Origin: Spirochaetia bacterium
GTDB taxonomy: Bacteria; Spirochaetota; Spirochaetia; WTKD01; G963693115
Assembly: GCA_965226065.1 (NCBI GenBank)
Contig: OZ245332.1
Location: 873,651-937,650, forward strand
DNA: 64,000 nucleotides
Direction: 5' to 3'
Under the pieces are notes generated by a model that was not told where the DNA came from, made no database searches, and saw nothing but the letters and a program-made list of their open reading frames with translations. Numbering within the stretch: position 1 is the stretch's first letter; every line of letters starts with the position of its first letter. A program made the position numbers and the translations under genes. Shown in pieces: positions 10,604-20,815 of the stretch.

Positions 10604-12073
10604 CTACTTTTTACCTAACACAAATGTATCTCGCATTTTCTTTAGATTATCAGAAATACCTGCAGGATACACGTGAGGATTTATTCTCCGCTTTATAGTT
10701 TTATCAAGTTTCTTAATTTCATTTTTCACGTATTCTTGAATAGCGTGTATAGAAGGCAGTTCCACGCTTATTTTTCCATTCTTCATAACTCGCGATAACA
10801 GTGGTTCTCTTTTCAAAGAAATATCGAGTATACGTTTTTTATAAATGTTATAAGGATGATAACATGTTGTTTTCTTATCAGCTGGAAGCGCTTCATCTTC
10901 AAGCGCAATAACATCAGCGACGTACAATTTCGTTTTCAAATCAGTATATCGATACACTTGTTTTATTCCCGGTAATGATATTTTTTCTACATTATCAGAT
11001 ATTTTCATTGTGGGAATAAAACCATGCCAGTTTTCCAAATTATCAGATTCTATATTTTTTCGCGCGGAAAGTTTGTACACACCTGAAAATGAAGAACCTC
11101 CTCCGCCTGTCGCAAGATTAGTACCAACGCCCCATATATCTACAGGGCAATTATTTGCAGTAAGCTCCGCTATTATATTTTCATCAAGTTCATTTGAAAC
11201 TCCAATAAATACATCCGTAAGCTGTGCTTTATCGAGTTCTTTGCGGACTTCTTGAGTTAAATATTCTATATCACCACTATCAAGACGAACACCAAATTTC
11301 TTGCCTTCTTCATGAAGTTTCTTACCAACAACTATGGCATTCTGAAGTCCGCTTTTCAGCGTGTCATAGGTATCGAGTAAGAATATAGTATTGTCGGGGT
11401 ACATATTTGCATAGACTTCAAACGCTTTTTTCTCATTTTCAAAACTCATAACCCACGAATGAGACATTGTACCTGCAATAGGAATACCATATTCATTGCC
11501 CGCCTGTACATTCGATGTCGAGACCACCCCGCCTATATATGCTGCCCTGCTTGCAAAAAGTGCACCGTTAGGACCGTGCGCTCGGCGTAGTCCCATGTCC
11601 ATCACGTTTTTACCACGCGCACTTAAGCATATTCGAGCGCTTTTTGTCGCTATAAGCGTTTGGTAGTTAACGGTATTGAGCAATAATCCTTCTATAAGTT
11701 GTGCCTCCATAATAGAAGTATGCACGCGGATAAGCGGCTCGCTCGGAAAACACACAGAACCTTCAGGCATTGCATACACGGTACCGGTAAAGCGAAAATT
11801 TTGTAAATAGACAAGAAATTCGTCTTTAAACAATCCTGACTCTTTTAAATATTCTATATCTTCTTTTGTAAAAGAAAAATTTTCTAATTGATGCAAAAGA
11901 GACTCTAAACCTGTAAAAATCGAAAAACCATTCTGAAATGGATTTAATCGAAAAAACATATCAAAAACTACCTGCAAATTTCTATGCGTGTAATAGTAAC
12001 CTTGCAGCATAGTTAGTGCGTAAAAATCTGTAAAGAGCCCCGTGTTATAAAATAATTTATGATTTTGCGACAT
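10604..12073 (-). CDS. pncB: Nicotinate phosphoribosyltransferase
   Basis: 489 aa; 'LFTDFYALTMLQGYY' and overall NAPRTase architecture. Confidence 0.85.
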   Translation of the reverse strand: MSQNHKLFYNTGLFTDFYALTMLQGYYYTHRNLQVVFDMFFRLNPFQNGFSIFTGLESLLHQLENFSFTKEDIEYLKESGLFKDEFLVYLQNFRFTGTVYAMPEGSVCFPSEPLIRVHTSIMEAQLIEGLLLNTVNYQTLIATKSARICLSARGKNVMDMGLRRAHGPNGALFASRAAYIGGVVSTSNVQAGNEYGIPIAGTMSHSWVMSFENEKKAFEVYANMYPDNTIFLLDTYDTLKSGLQNAIVVGKKLHEEGKKFGVRLDSGDIEYLTQEVRKELDKAQLTDVFIGVSNELDENIIAELTANNCPVDIWGVGTNLATGGGGSSFSGVYKLSARKNIESDNLENWHGFIPTMKISDNVEKISLPGIKQVYRYTDLKTKLYVADVIALEDEALPADKKTTCYHPYNIYKKRILDISLKREPLLSRVMKNGKISVELPSIHAIQEYVKNEIKKLDKTIKRRINPHVYPAGISDNLKKMRDTFVLGKK

Positions 12074-12150
12074 TGATATGCATTATAAAACAGATACAAA
12101 AATACGTCACAGCGTTTTTAATACATTACACACAAAATTAAAAATTACAT

Positions 12151-13023
12151 TTACATACCTATATCTGCAAGTAATACATCTTTAGAAAGAATAACATCAA
12201 GAGTTAGCATAATGATAAGTCCAAATATGAGTCCCCAAGTAGCAATGCGTTCGTGTTTCGGTTCTTTATGAGTTTCAGGTACAATTTCATCACTGATAAC
12301 ATAAATCATAGCTCCTGCTGCAAACCCCATGGCATAGGGAAGCAAAGGCTCAGAAAAAGAGACTGCAACTGCACCTAAAACAGCAATAGGAATTTCTACA
12401 AGCCCCGCTCGTATACCGGTAAACACCGCATAAAATGATCTACTTTTTCCAATTGCCAAAGCAGCAACGGCAACAGCAAAGCCTTCAGGTATATTCTGAA
12501 TACCAATGCCAATCATAAGGGCAATTGCATTTCCTATCGCATTTATATCTGTGAGGTTTCCAAGTCCTACCCCAACCGCAAGTCCTTCGGGCATATTATG
12601 AATTGTTATCGCAAATATCAAAAGCCACACCCGTTTAATACGAACATCTTTTTTATGTCCAAGCCCTTCTGGTCCTTTGAACATATGCATGTGTGGAAGC
12701 TTATTATCTGCAAAGTCCATCATGATAACGCCTAATATCAATCCAATAACAACAGGTATTATACCCCATGTTCCGCCTGCTTCAATGCCCGGTAAAATAA
12801 GGCTCGTAAAACTCGCGGCAAGCATGACTCCCGCTGCAAAACCAAGCGCAACATCTAAAAATTTTCTTGAAGGATTACGCCACACAAACACAATTAACGC
12901 ACCAATTGTGTTTAATCCTGCAATAATTAATCCTCCAACAAGTCCTCGCATTGCTGAATTTTGTATTTGTATCCATTCAATGAATTGGTCAATCATAGTA
13001 TCCTCCGATAAAAAATATTTCAA
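12151..13023 (-). CDS. zupT: ZIP-family zinc transporter (ZupT-like)
   Basis: 'HNMPEGLAVGV', 'QNIPEGFAVAV' and other ZIP signature helices. Confidence 0.8.
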   Translation of the reverse strand: MKYFLSEDTMIDQFIEWIQIQNSAMRGLVGGLIIAGLNTIGALIVFVWRNPSRKFLDVALGFAAGVMLAASFTSLILPGIEAGGTWGIIPVVIGLILGVIMMDFADNKLPHMHMFKGPEGLGHKKDVRIKRVWLLIFAITIHNMPEGLAVGVGLGNLTDINAIGNAIALMIGIGIQNIPEGFAVAVAALAIGKSRSFYAVFTGIRAGLVEIPIAVLGAVAVSFSEPLLPYAMGFAAGAMIYVISDEIVPETHKEPKHERIATWGLIFGLIIMLTLDVILSKDVLLADIGM

Positions 13024-13083
13024 AAAATGATTATATTGTCTAATTATTACTTTAGCATAAAAAAATAAATACTCATTTTATGT

Positions 13084-13114
13084 ACATTATATGTAAAAAT
13101 TATGTTACTTCCTT
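13084..13114. promoter_or_regulatory. 31-nt conserved element, copy 1, in the zupT upstream region
   Basis: 'acattatatgtaaaaattatgttacttcctt' matches 13400..13430 at 26 of 31 positions. Located about 60-90 nt upstream of the zupT start. Confidence 0.4.
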
Positions 13115-13399
13115 AATGTAATGAATATAAATAATAACGCATGCTTACTTAAATATTGTAAGAGACTTTGCAATATTTAGTTCTGCATAAGAAATAAAAA
13201 CGATGCTTGTAATACTACAACACATAAGGTAGACTTTTATAAGTAACTTATCTGAATATTTTCATGTTGTTCTTGTAAGTCACATTGTAATGTTTTTTAC
13301 AAGGCATAAAAAGTCGCCTCCTCCAGCATACAAGAGTGCAGATAACTAGATAAGCAGCGTAAACACAAGTTACGCATAATTCAAATATACGTCATTCGC

Positions 13400-13430
13400 A
13401 CATTGTATGTAAAAATCACGTTACTTTTAT
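13400..13430. promoter_or_regulatory. 31-nt conserved element, copy 2, in the hisS 5' region
   Basis: 'acattgtatgtaaaaatcacgttacttttat', 21-51 nt upstream of the hisS ATG at 13451. Confidence 0.4.
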
Positions 13431-13450
13431 CTTGTATTATAAAAACAGAT

Positions 13451-14800
13451 ATGAAGAAGCACATCATTTCACCACGTATACTCAAAGGTTTTCGCGACAT
13501 TCACCCTGCACAGCAAATAATACGTGAGCAATGCATTGCAACACTACAACGCGTTTTTCAATTATTTGGGTTCGTGCCCATAGACACACCAATACTTGAG
13601 TACCAAGATGTATTACTCGCAGAACAGCATTCTTCAGAAATTGAAAAGCAAGTATATACCTTTGAAGATAACGGGGGACGACCTGTTGCAATGCGATTTG
13701 ACTTGACCGTACCATATGCACGTTACGCAGCGATGAATCAGTTTGCTATACCTAAACCCTTTCATCGCTATCAAATTGGCAAAGTATTTCGCGGAGAAAA
13801 CGCACAGCGTGGACGATATCGCGAATTTATACAGTGCGATTTCGACATTATAGGACTTGTCAATGAATACACAGATAGCAACATCCTTATGGTCATTGAT
13901 AAAGCGCTCGCAGCGCTTAATTCCATAGTTACACACAATGTGAGACAGAATTTTACATATGAAATACACATATCGCATCGAGGTATACTCAATGCAATAC
14001 TCGCGCGTGAAAAATGTGAAATGCATACCGTACCAATACTGCGCATTATGGACAAAATACGCAAGGTGCCTCAAGAACAAATAATACAAGATTTATCTTC
14101 ATACATGTCTGAAAAAAGCGCCTATACTCTTATACAAACCTGCGAGTGCGAAGAAACAAATGCAAAGACACTTGCAAAATTACAAGATCTGCTTACACAG
14201 AACGAAGCATATCATGAACTTGCGACAATAGAACGCATTATGTGCGATGTACAAACTACCGCACGAATTGTCATAGATCCAAGCATTATGCGAGGATTAC
14301 AGTACTACACCGGTTTTGTATGTGAAACCTTCATATCTGATATCCTAGAGATAGGATCTATTTGTTCGGGAGGACGATATGACAATCTTACGCAGCGTTT
14401 TAGCAAAACGACTCTGCAAGGTGTTGGTGCATCTATAGGATTAGACAGATTTCTCGCTGCATGTGAAGAGCGTACGGAAACAAACAAGCAAATAATGTGC
14501 TCTGCATGCTGTGCACTATTTTACGGACAAACACAACAATGCCTAAGAAATGCCTTTACTTTTATGAAAGAATTTCATACTGTTGGCATATCCGCACAAA
14601 TCTATCCAACAACAGCGGGTCTTAAACATGCCTTTAAGCACGCAGAGAAAATCAATGCTGAATTTCTAATAATAATAGGAGAAGAAGAATACGTAACGAA
14701 AACACTTACCGTTAAAAATCTTCGTACACGAGAACAACATTCAAAGCAGACGTTACAAGAAGCATTACAATGTATAAAACAACAGAAAAAATCACAATAA
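13451..14800 (+). CDS. hisS: Histidyl-tRNA synthetase
   Basis: Class-II aaRS with an HisRS-like 'GFRD' motif and a C-terminal anticodon-binding domain. Start placed at the Met after the repeat element; the longer ORF start at 13403 would translate the repeat. Confidence 0.8.
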   Translation: MKKHIISPRILKGFRDIHPAQQIIREQCIATLQRVFQLFGFVPIDTPILEYQDVLLAEQHSSEIEKQVYTFEDNGGRPVAMRFDLTVPYARYAAMNQFAIPKPFHRYQIGKVFRGENAQRGRYREFIQCDFDIIGLVNEYTDSNILMVIDKALAALNSIVTHNVRQNFTYEIHISHRGILNAILAREKCEMHTVPILRIMDKIRKVPQEQIIQDLSSYMSEKSAYTLIQTCECEETNAKTLAKLQDLLTQNEAYHELATIERIMCDVQTTARIVIDPSIMRGLQYYTGFVCETFISDILEIGSICSGGRYDNLTQRFSKTTLQGVGASIGLDRFLAACEERTETNKQIMCSACCALFYGQTQQCLRNAFTFMKEFHTVGISAQIYPTTAGLKHAFKHAEKINAEFLIIIGEEEYVTKTLTVKNLRTREQHSKQTLQEALQCIKQQKKSQ

Positions 14801-16941
14801 CACAGAAGCTTAGCAAAAATACAAAAAGCCATCAAAATCTTTTTGAAAAACTACATAAGCTTCCTATCTACACTCACAAGCAAGACATACTCAGCGCACT
14901 AGAAAAAAATCAAGTCGTTGTTGTCGAGAGCAATACAGGGTCGGGCAAGACGACACAGCTTCCGATTATATTACACGAAGTCGGATATACTACACGCGGC
15001 ATCATCGGCATGACTCAGCCGCGGCGCATTGCGGCATTTTCCACCGCAGACATTATTCGCATGCAAGTAAGTCATACGAACAAGACACTGCCGAAATCTT
15101 TTGTAGAATATAAAATACGATTTGATGATCCAACGACACAAGATACTCGCATAAAAATAATGACCGACGGTGTGCTGCTGCAAGAGATAAAACACACACC
15201 TTACATGGACGACTACTGCGTGATAATAGTAGACGAAGCTCATGAACGCAGTTTGAACATTGACTTTACGCTCGGTCTTTTGCGTAATTTGTGTCAAGTA
15301 CGTAAAAACCTAAAAATAATTATATCCTCTGCAACGATAAATAGCAGTATCTTCTCAAAATTTTTTTTCGACTGCCCTATTGTAAGCGTACACGCACCTT
15401 TACACAAAGTCGATATTCGATATCTACCTATAGCACAAAAAAAACCTTCAGGTAAAAAGCCATTAGAAACAAAAAACAAAATAAAATCTTCTCTTGCAGT
15501 TTCAGACGAAGCACTTGTACAGCATGTCGTTACGTTAGTAGAAAGTTCTGTTGCACGAAATGAAGGCGATATTCTCATTTTTCTCTCGGGCGAAAAACAC
15601 ATAAAAATGTGTATAGAAGGACTGACTCACCTAAGCTGTGCAAAACGCTTGTATGTACTGCCACTATACGGAAGACTTGACAAAGAAACTCAATCACGCG
15701 TTTTTACAAAAACGCCTGCAAATAAAACCAAAGTTGTCATAGCTACTAACATAGCCGAAACAAGCATCACGATAGACGACATCGCCATTGTTATAGATAG
15801 CGGCAAGGCAAAAGTAAACAGCTTTTTGCATGCGAAATTTGCATCCATTCTTGAAGAAGTATCAATATCACAAGCATCGGCAATTCAACGTTGTGGCAGA
15901 GCAGGACGTACTCGCGCGGGTATCTGCTATCGACTATATCTAAAACGAGAATTTGAACACATGGACAAATACACCCAAGAAGAAATATATCGTACAGACT
16001 TATCAGAAGTAGTGCTTCGCATGGCACAGATAGGCATACCAGATTTTGAAGCATTTTCATTTATCTCTGCACCTCAAAAAAGTGCCATACACGCTGCAGT
16101 TCAAACACTTACATCACTTGGTGCGCTTGATGACAAACAACAAATAACCTCTATAGGAACAATTATGGGTGACTTTCCTTTAAGCCCCATGCATGCAAGA
16201 ATAGTCATAGAAGCCATGCAAAACTACCCCGATGCACTATACGAAGTGCTCGTTGTAATATCATTTTTAACAACACCTAGTCCATTTTTACTCCCTATGG
16301 ATGCCATGGCAGAAGCACGTGCCACACACCGATCATTTGGAATAGGTTACAGCGATTTTCTTTTGTATCTGAATTTATTCAAATGCTATATCCAAAGCAA
16401 AAAAAAATCAGTATCTACATTTTGTACCACGCATTATTTAGATGTGCAAATAATGGAAGAAATTTTCAACGTGTATACGCAGCTAGAAGACATAGTACTT
16501 TCCCATGGCATACTCTTTAACAAGCAATGCTCTGAAAATAAATACAACGAAGAATCGATGATGAAAGCCATATTGCGTGGATTTGCATACAATGTATGCT
16601 TAAAAGACAAAAACGCAAAAGGCGGAAAATCATACATTAACAGAAGTGCTGAAAAAATATTCGTGCATCCGGGATCTGTGTTATTTGACTGTCCAAAAGA
16701 AAAAATACCGATAGCAATAGTCGCAGGTGAAATAGTTAGCACCTCTCGCTATTTTGCACGATCCATATCACCATGCGCAATTGCATGGCTTAAAGAAAGT
16801 TGCCCTGATATATACGATGCAGCGTTAGATCTTGGACACCCCAATGAAAAAACCAATGAAAAAAGAACACATAGAGAATCAAAAGAACGCTACAAAAAAA
16901 CAAGCAAACAGCAAAATTCACGCAAAGGAAAGCAAGGCTAG
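14770..16941 (+). CDS. hrpB: DEAH-box ATP-dependent helicase (HrpA/HrpB family)
   Basis: Motifs GSGKTTQLP, DEAHERS, SAT, TNIAETSITIDD and QRCGRAGR. Overlaps the hisS 3' end by 31 nt. Confidence 0.8.
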   Translation: MYKTTEKITITQKLSKNTKSHQNLFEKLHKLPIYTHKQDILSALEKNQVVVVESNTGSGKTTQLPIILHEVGYTTRGIIGMTQPRRIAAFSTADIIRMQVSHTNKTLPKSFVEYKIRFDDPTTQDTRIKIMTDGVLLQEIKHTPYMDDYCVIIVDEAHERSLNIDFTLGLLRNLCQVRKNLKIIISSATINSSIFSKFFFDCPIVSVHAPLHKVDIRYLPIAQKKPSGKKPLETKNKIKSSLAVSDEALVQHVVTLVESSVARNEGDILIFLSGEKHIKMCIEGLTHLSCAKRLYVLPLYGRLDKETQSRVFTKTPANKTKVVIATNIAETSITIDDIAIVIDSGKAKVNSFLHAKFASILEEVSISQASAIQRCGRAGRTRAGICYRLYLKREFEHMDKYTQEEIYRTDLSEVVLRMAQIGIPDFEAFSFISAPQKSAIHAAVQTLTSLGALDDKQQITSIGTIMGDFPLSPMHARIVIEAMQNYPDALYEVLVVISFLTTPSPFLLPMDAMAEARATHRSFGIGYSDFLLYLNLFKCYIQSKKKSVSTFCTTHYLDVQIMEEIFNVYTQLEDIVLSHGILFNKQCSENKYNEESMMKAILRGFAYNVCLKDKNAKGGKSYINRSAEKIFVHPGSVLFDCPKEKIPIAIVAGEIVSTSRYFARSISPCAIAWLKESCPDIYDAALDLGHPNEKTNEKRTHRESKERYKKTSKQQNSRKGKQG

Positions 16942-17086
16942 AAATATATATCCATGCGTAAAAGAAACAAAAGTCTTAAGATACGCATCGCTCTCATTCG
17001 TTTATTCGCATCGACCTAGTGCAGGTGTAGGTTCTTTTGCTTAATTCTCCTCATGTTTCATATCTGTGCTTCAACCAAGATACGAG

Positions 17087-17122
17087 AGAAAAAACAAGAG
17101 AAAAAACAAGAGAAAAAACAAA
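17087..17122. repeat. Perfect 12-nt tandem repeat x3 (gagaaaaaacaa), 45 nt upstream of the 17167 start codon
   Basis: Directly visible: gagaaaaaacaa gagaaaaaacaa gagaaaaaacaa. Confidence 0.9.
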
Positions 17123-17166
17123 TGTAAGAAAATTATATATGCAAGTACCTTAATATAATAGAAAAT

Positions 17167-19026
17167 ATGAAAAAACAATTAGGTTTCCTTGATGTCTTTG
17201 CAATTTGTAGTGGCTCTATGATAAGTTCAGGTTTGTTTATTCTTCCGGCTATTGCAGCTGCAAAAATTGGACCTGCAGTAATACTCGCATATGCATTTTC
17301 TGGTCTTTTACTTATTCCTTCCATGCTTTCCATTGCCGAAATGGCAACTGCCATGCCTCGTATGGGAGGAACATATTTTTTCATAAGTCGCATTCTTGGC
17401 AGCATGTGCGGCACTATAGATGGAATCGGCGTGTGGTTCGCGCTTATGTTAAAAACAAGTATTGCCATATTAGGACTTGGCACCTACATCTCTTTGTTTA
17501 TTACACTTTCTCCGCAAGTCATTGCCATCATTCTCGTATTGTTTTTCATGCTACTAAATATTGCAGGAACGAAAGAAGCTGCAATCGTACAAAACATGAT
17601 GATAGTAAGCTTACTTAGTATACTGATATTTCTTGTGATAAAAGGGATTCCTGCTGTTTCAAAATCTCACTTTACGCCTTTTGCACCTAAAGGATGGGAA
17701 CAATTTTTACCTACTGTCGCCTTTGTATTTGTAAGCTATATTGGCACTACCAAAGTTGCGAGTGTCTCCGAAGAAATAAGAAATGCAGAACGCAACATAC
17801 CATATGGCATGATTTCCGCCTTGATAGTAGTAGGAATATTATATATCTCCACTATTTTTGTCACGGTGGGTGTCATTCCACTTGAAGTATTAAAAAATAC
17901 CGTAACTCCTTTGTCAGATACTGCGTATATTGTAATAGGAAAATGGGGTTCGCATGTACTAAGCTTTGCAGCAGCACTTGCTTTTGCAACTACGGCAAAT
18001 GCAGGCATAGTCGCAGGAAGTCGCTATTTAGTTGCCATGAGTAAAGATCGTGTGATGCCACAAGTTTTTTCTAAGATTTCTCGTACACAGGTTCCCTATT
18101 GCGCTATTCTTTTCACAAGCCTGATAATCATAATTTTTGTAAGTTCTGCAGGTTTTGAACGCATTGCAAAACTTGCAAGCACCTTTCAACTGATTGTATT
18201 TGCATTTGTAAACATATCGGTTATCGTTGTCCGAGAAAGCGGAATTTCAAGTTACGATCCTAGTTTCAAAAGTCCGCTATATCCCTATATGCAAATTATG
18301 GGTATTATTATTTCTGCAATACTCATTCCCGAAATGGGAATAGTCTCTAGCATTTTTGCATTTGGACTTATTGGTATAGGAATATTGTGGCATTACTTTT
18401 ATGCGCTGCCGAGAATTGACAATCGAGTTGGTGCTGTGGCAAAAATGACAGAGCGACTTGCAGAAAAACTACTTGCACGCGATGCAAATGTAATGGGTCT
18501 ACGCTCTGAACTACGTCAAATTGTAAAAGAAAAAAAGCTCCGCACCAGTGATCCTTTTTTACATTTGCTGCAATTTGCCACCGCAATAGAAATACCTGCA
18601 GGAATGAGTGCCAAGCATGTCATAGAACGCGGAGCGAAAGTTCTCGCTGAAAAAGGCAAGGTAACATATGAACTTATTTTAGGTGCTATGTTAGAACGCA
18701 ATCGATTAGGAGAAACACCTGTTTCGGCAGACATTGCACTTCCTCATGTACAACTTGATGATTATGAACAATCACACATGGTAATATTACGAAGTAAGGA
18801 TGGTGTAAAATTTGAAAACGCAATGAAAGAACGCGAAGAAACCATACATGCAATTTTCATGTTACTCGGAAGTAGTGCAAACCCCACACAACACTTACGC
18901 ATTCTCGCATCAATTGCGCGACGTGCAGAAACTGCTGATTTTATGAAGCGATGGCTCGCAACTGAAAACACATGTGATCTTATCACCTTGCTAGAAAACA
19001 CTGCCGACAGTGCAGATAAAACATAA
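17167..19026 (+). CDS. APC-family amino-acid permease fused to a C-terminal PTS EIIA(Ntr/Fru, type 2)-like domain
   Basis: About 430 aa with about 12 TM of APC type. The C-terminus 'ADIALPHVQL...LLGSSANPTQHLRILASIARRAETADFMKRWL' parallels PtsN ('IAIPHGKL...HLHTLSLVAKRLAD') and keeps the phosphorylatable His. Confidence 0.75.
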   Translation: MKKQLGFLDVFAICSGSMISSGLFILPAIAAAKIGPAVILAYAFSGLLLIPSMLSIAEMATAMPRMGGTYFFISRILGSMCGTIDGIGVWFALMLKTSIAILGLGTYISLFITLSPQVIAIILVLFFMLLNIAGTKEAAIVQNMMIVSLLSILIFLVIKGIPAVSKSHFTPFAPKGWEQFLPTVAFVFVSYIGTTKVASVSEEIRNAERNIPYGMISALIVVGILYISTIFVTVGVIPLEVLKNTVTPLSDTAYIVIGKWGSHVLSFAAALAFATTANAGIVAGSRYLVAMSKDRVMPQVFSKISRTQVPYCAILFTSLIIIIFVSSAGFERIAKLASTFQLIVFAFVNISVIVVRESGISSYDPSFKSPLYPYMQIMGIIISAILIPEMGIVSSIFAFGLIGIGILWHYFYALPRIDNRVGAVAKMTERLAEKLLARDANVMGLRSELRQIVKEKKLRTSDPFLHLLQFATAIEIPAGMSAKHVIERGAKVLAEKGKVTYELILGAMLERNRLGETPVSADIALPHVQLDDYEQSHMVILRSKDGVKFENAMKEREETIHAIFMLLGSSANPTQHLRILASIARRAETADFMKRWLATENTCDLITLLENTADSADKT

Positions 19027-19168
19027 CACTTCAAAAGTACAAGAACTAATCTCTACAAAGCATCTTAAAAAAAATAACGCAATAATAAATTTAGATGCAG
19101 GTAAGGCTTTATAGCATCGTTATATTCGTAGATTAAGTAAAACCTTACAATTACTATACAATAAAGTC

Positions 19169-20662
19169 ATGGTCACTTTGCAAAAATTACAACTGCACCC
19201 CGTGTGGAAATATTTTTTTGAGCTTTCAGATATTCCACGCCCTTCAAAGCATGAAGAAAAAGTACGGGCATGGATTAGATCCTACGCGAAGAAATGGAAT
19301 CTTGCGTACAAGGAAGATGATTTTGGAAACATAGTCTGCGAGGTCAAAGCAAATAACCCTGCATATGAAAACGCACCATTGGTAGTTATTCAAAGTCACC
19401 TAGACATGGTGTGTGAAAAGAATGAAGAAATAGAACACGATTTTTTTTCAGATCCTCTGCGCTTGCAAATACTGCACGATGAAGCAGACGAAGCATGGTG
19501 TACAGCGCAAGGTACTACACTCGGAGCAGACAATGGTATTGCCGTTGCCATGTCACTTGCACTTGCCGATCCACAGTGTACAAAGCCACATGGACCATTA
19601 CAACTTCTTTTTACACTTGACGAAGAAACAGGGCTTAACGGAGCTGCAAATCTCCAAGAAGACATGTTAAATGCGCCCTACCTTATAAACGTAGATAATT
19701 CAGAAGAAGGTGTATTATGCATTGGCTGCGCAGGTGGGGTAGATTTTGTAACACAGCTTCCTATTATTCGAGAAGCAATACCAACAATAGAAAATCTCGC
19801 AGCCTATAAAATTTCGGTACATGGACTTGCAGGTGGACACAGCGGCATGGAAATTTACGATGGTCGAAGCAATGCCATTAAAATTATGGAATGGGTCTTG
19901 CGTATACTTCGTGATGAATTCTCACAGTGCATGGTATATGAAATACACGGAGGAAATAAGCGTAATGCCATTCCACACTTTGCGCACGCATGTTTGATGC
20001 TTTCACAAAAAGACTTTCAACATGCCACACATTTTGTAAAAAAATTTGAACAAAAAATACGTAATACAGTTCCACCCTGCGACAGTAATGTAACAATACA
20101 TATAGATCCTGTGCACAATCTTCCACAGCTTCCACATCCCATATCAGAGGCATCTATTACTACTATCTGCGCAGCAATACGACTATGCCCACACGGTATC
20201 ATACAACGAAGTGGACTTCGTGCTTTTGAAGCATCGCTCTCTAATAACCTCGCATCCATACGCACGCATGAAGAGCACATCACCATAGTCAATAACAGTC
20301 GTTTTTCAAATGCGTACCAAACACAATACATGGAAGGAGTGTTCGCTGATATTTTTACACAACATGCGCAAAAAACACAAAAAGAAAATCTACACTATGC
20401 TTGGCAACCTCTACGCGACTCTAAACTTCAGGAAGCTTTTATCAAAGTCTACAAAAAACACTATAAAAAAATGCCACAAGTGCAATGCGTGCATGCAGGG
20501 TTAGAATGCGGCTTGATAAAGACGCGCTCTACACAGTGCAATCTTGATGCAATATCTATAGGACCAAACATTGAGTTTTTACACTCACCGCAAGAAAGAT
20601 TGAATGTAGCATCTACCAATAGAACGTGGAACTTACTGTGCGATATTCTCATATCTCTATAA
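19169..20662 (+). CDS. pepD: Xaa-His dipeptidase / cytosol non-specific dipeptidase (M20, PepD)
   Basis: 497 aa; the N-terminus 'LHPVWKYFFELSDIPRPSKHEEK' matches the PepD family. Confidence 0.8.
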   Translation: MVTLQKLQLHPVWKYFFELSDIPRPSKHEEKVRAWIRSYAKKWNLAYKEDDFGNIVCEVKANNPAYENAPLVVIQSHLDMVCEKNEEIEHDFFSDPLRLQILHDEADEAWCTAQGTTLGADNGIAVAMSLALADPQCTKPHGPLQLLFTLDEETGLNGAANLQEDMLNAPYLINVDNSEEGVLCIGCAGGVDFVTQLPIIREAIPTIENLAAYKISVHGLAGGHSGMEIYDGRSNAIKIMEWVLRILRDEFSQCMVYEIHGGNKRNAIPHFAHACLMLSQKDFQHATHFVKKFEQKIRNTVPPCDSNVTIHIDPVHNLPQLPHPISEASITTICAAIRLCPHGIIQRSGLRAFEASLSNNLASIRTHEEHITIVNNSRFSNAYQTQYMEGVFADIFTQHAQKTQKENLHYAWQPLRDSKLQEAFIKVYKKHYKKMPQVQCVHAGLECGLIKTRSTQCNLDAISIGPNIEFLHSPQERLNVASTNRTWNLLCDILISL

Positions 20663-20676
20663 ACACACACAAAAAC

Positions 20677-20716
20677 TACTATCAAAATACTACAAAGATG
20701 ATAGTACATATTTTTG
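20677..20716 (+). terminator. Candidate rho-independent terminator after pepD
   Basis: 8-bp stem tactatca / tgatagta with a 14-nt loop, followed by a ttttt run. Confidence 0.45.
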
Positions 20717-20815
20717 ATAAAACTATAGAAAGCACTATATTTACGATATGAAACATACGAATATATTACTATATCAGTAATCCCTACAAAAGTAAGTGAA
20801 GAATTTCTAAATATT

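Noticed and set aside
13403-13450. Longer N-terminus for hisS starting at 13403 ('MYVKITLLLSCIIKTD')
   Set aside because: These codons are the translation of the 31-nt element that is also found upstream of zupT, where it cannot be coding. The Met at 13451 ('MKKHIISPRILKGFRD') gives a normal HisRS N-terminus.
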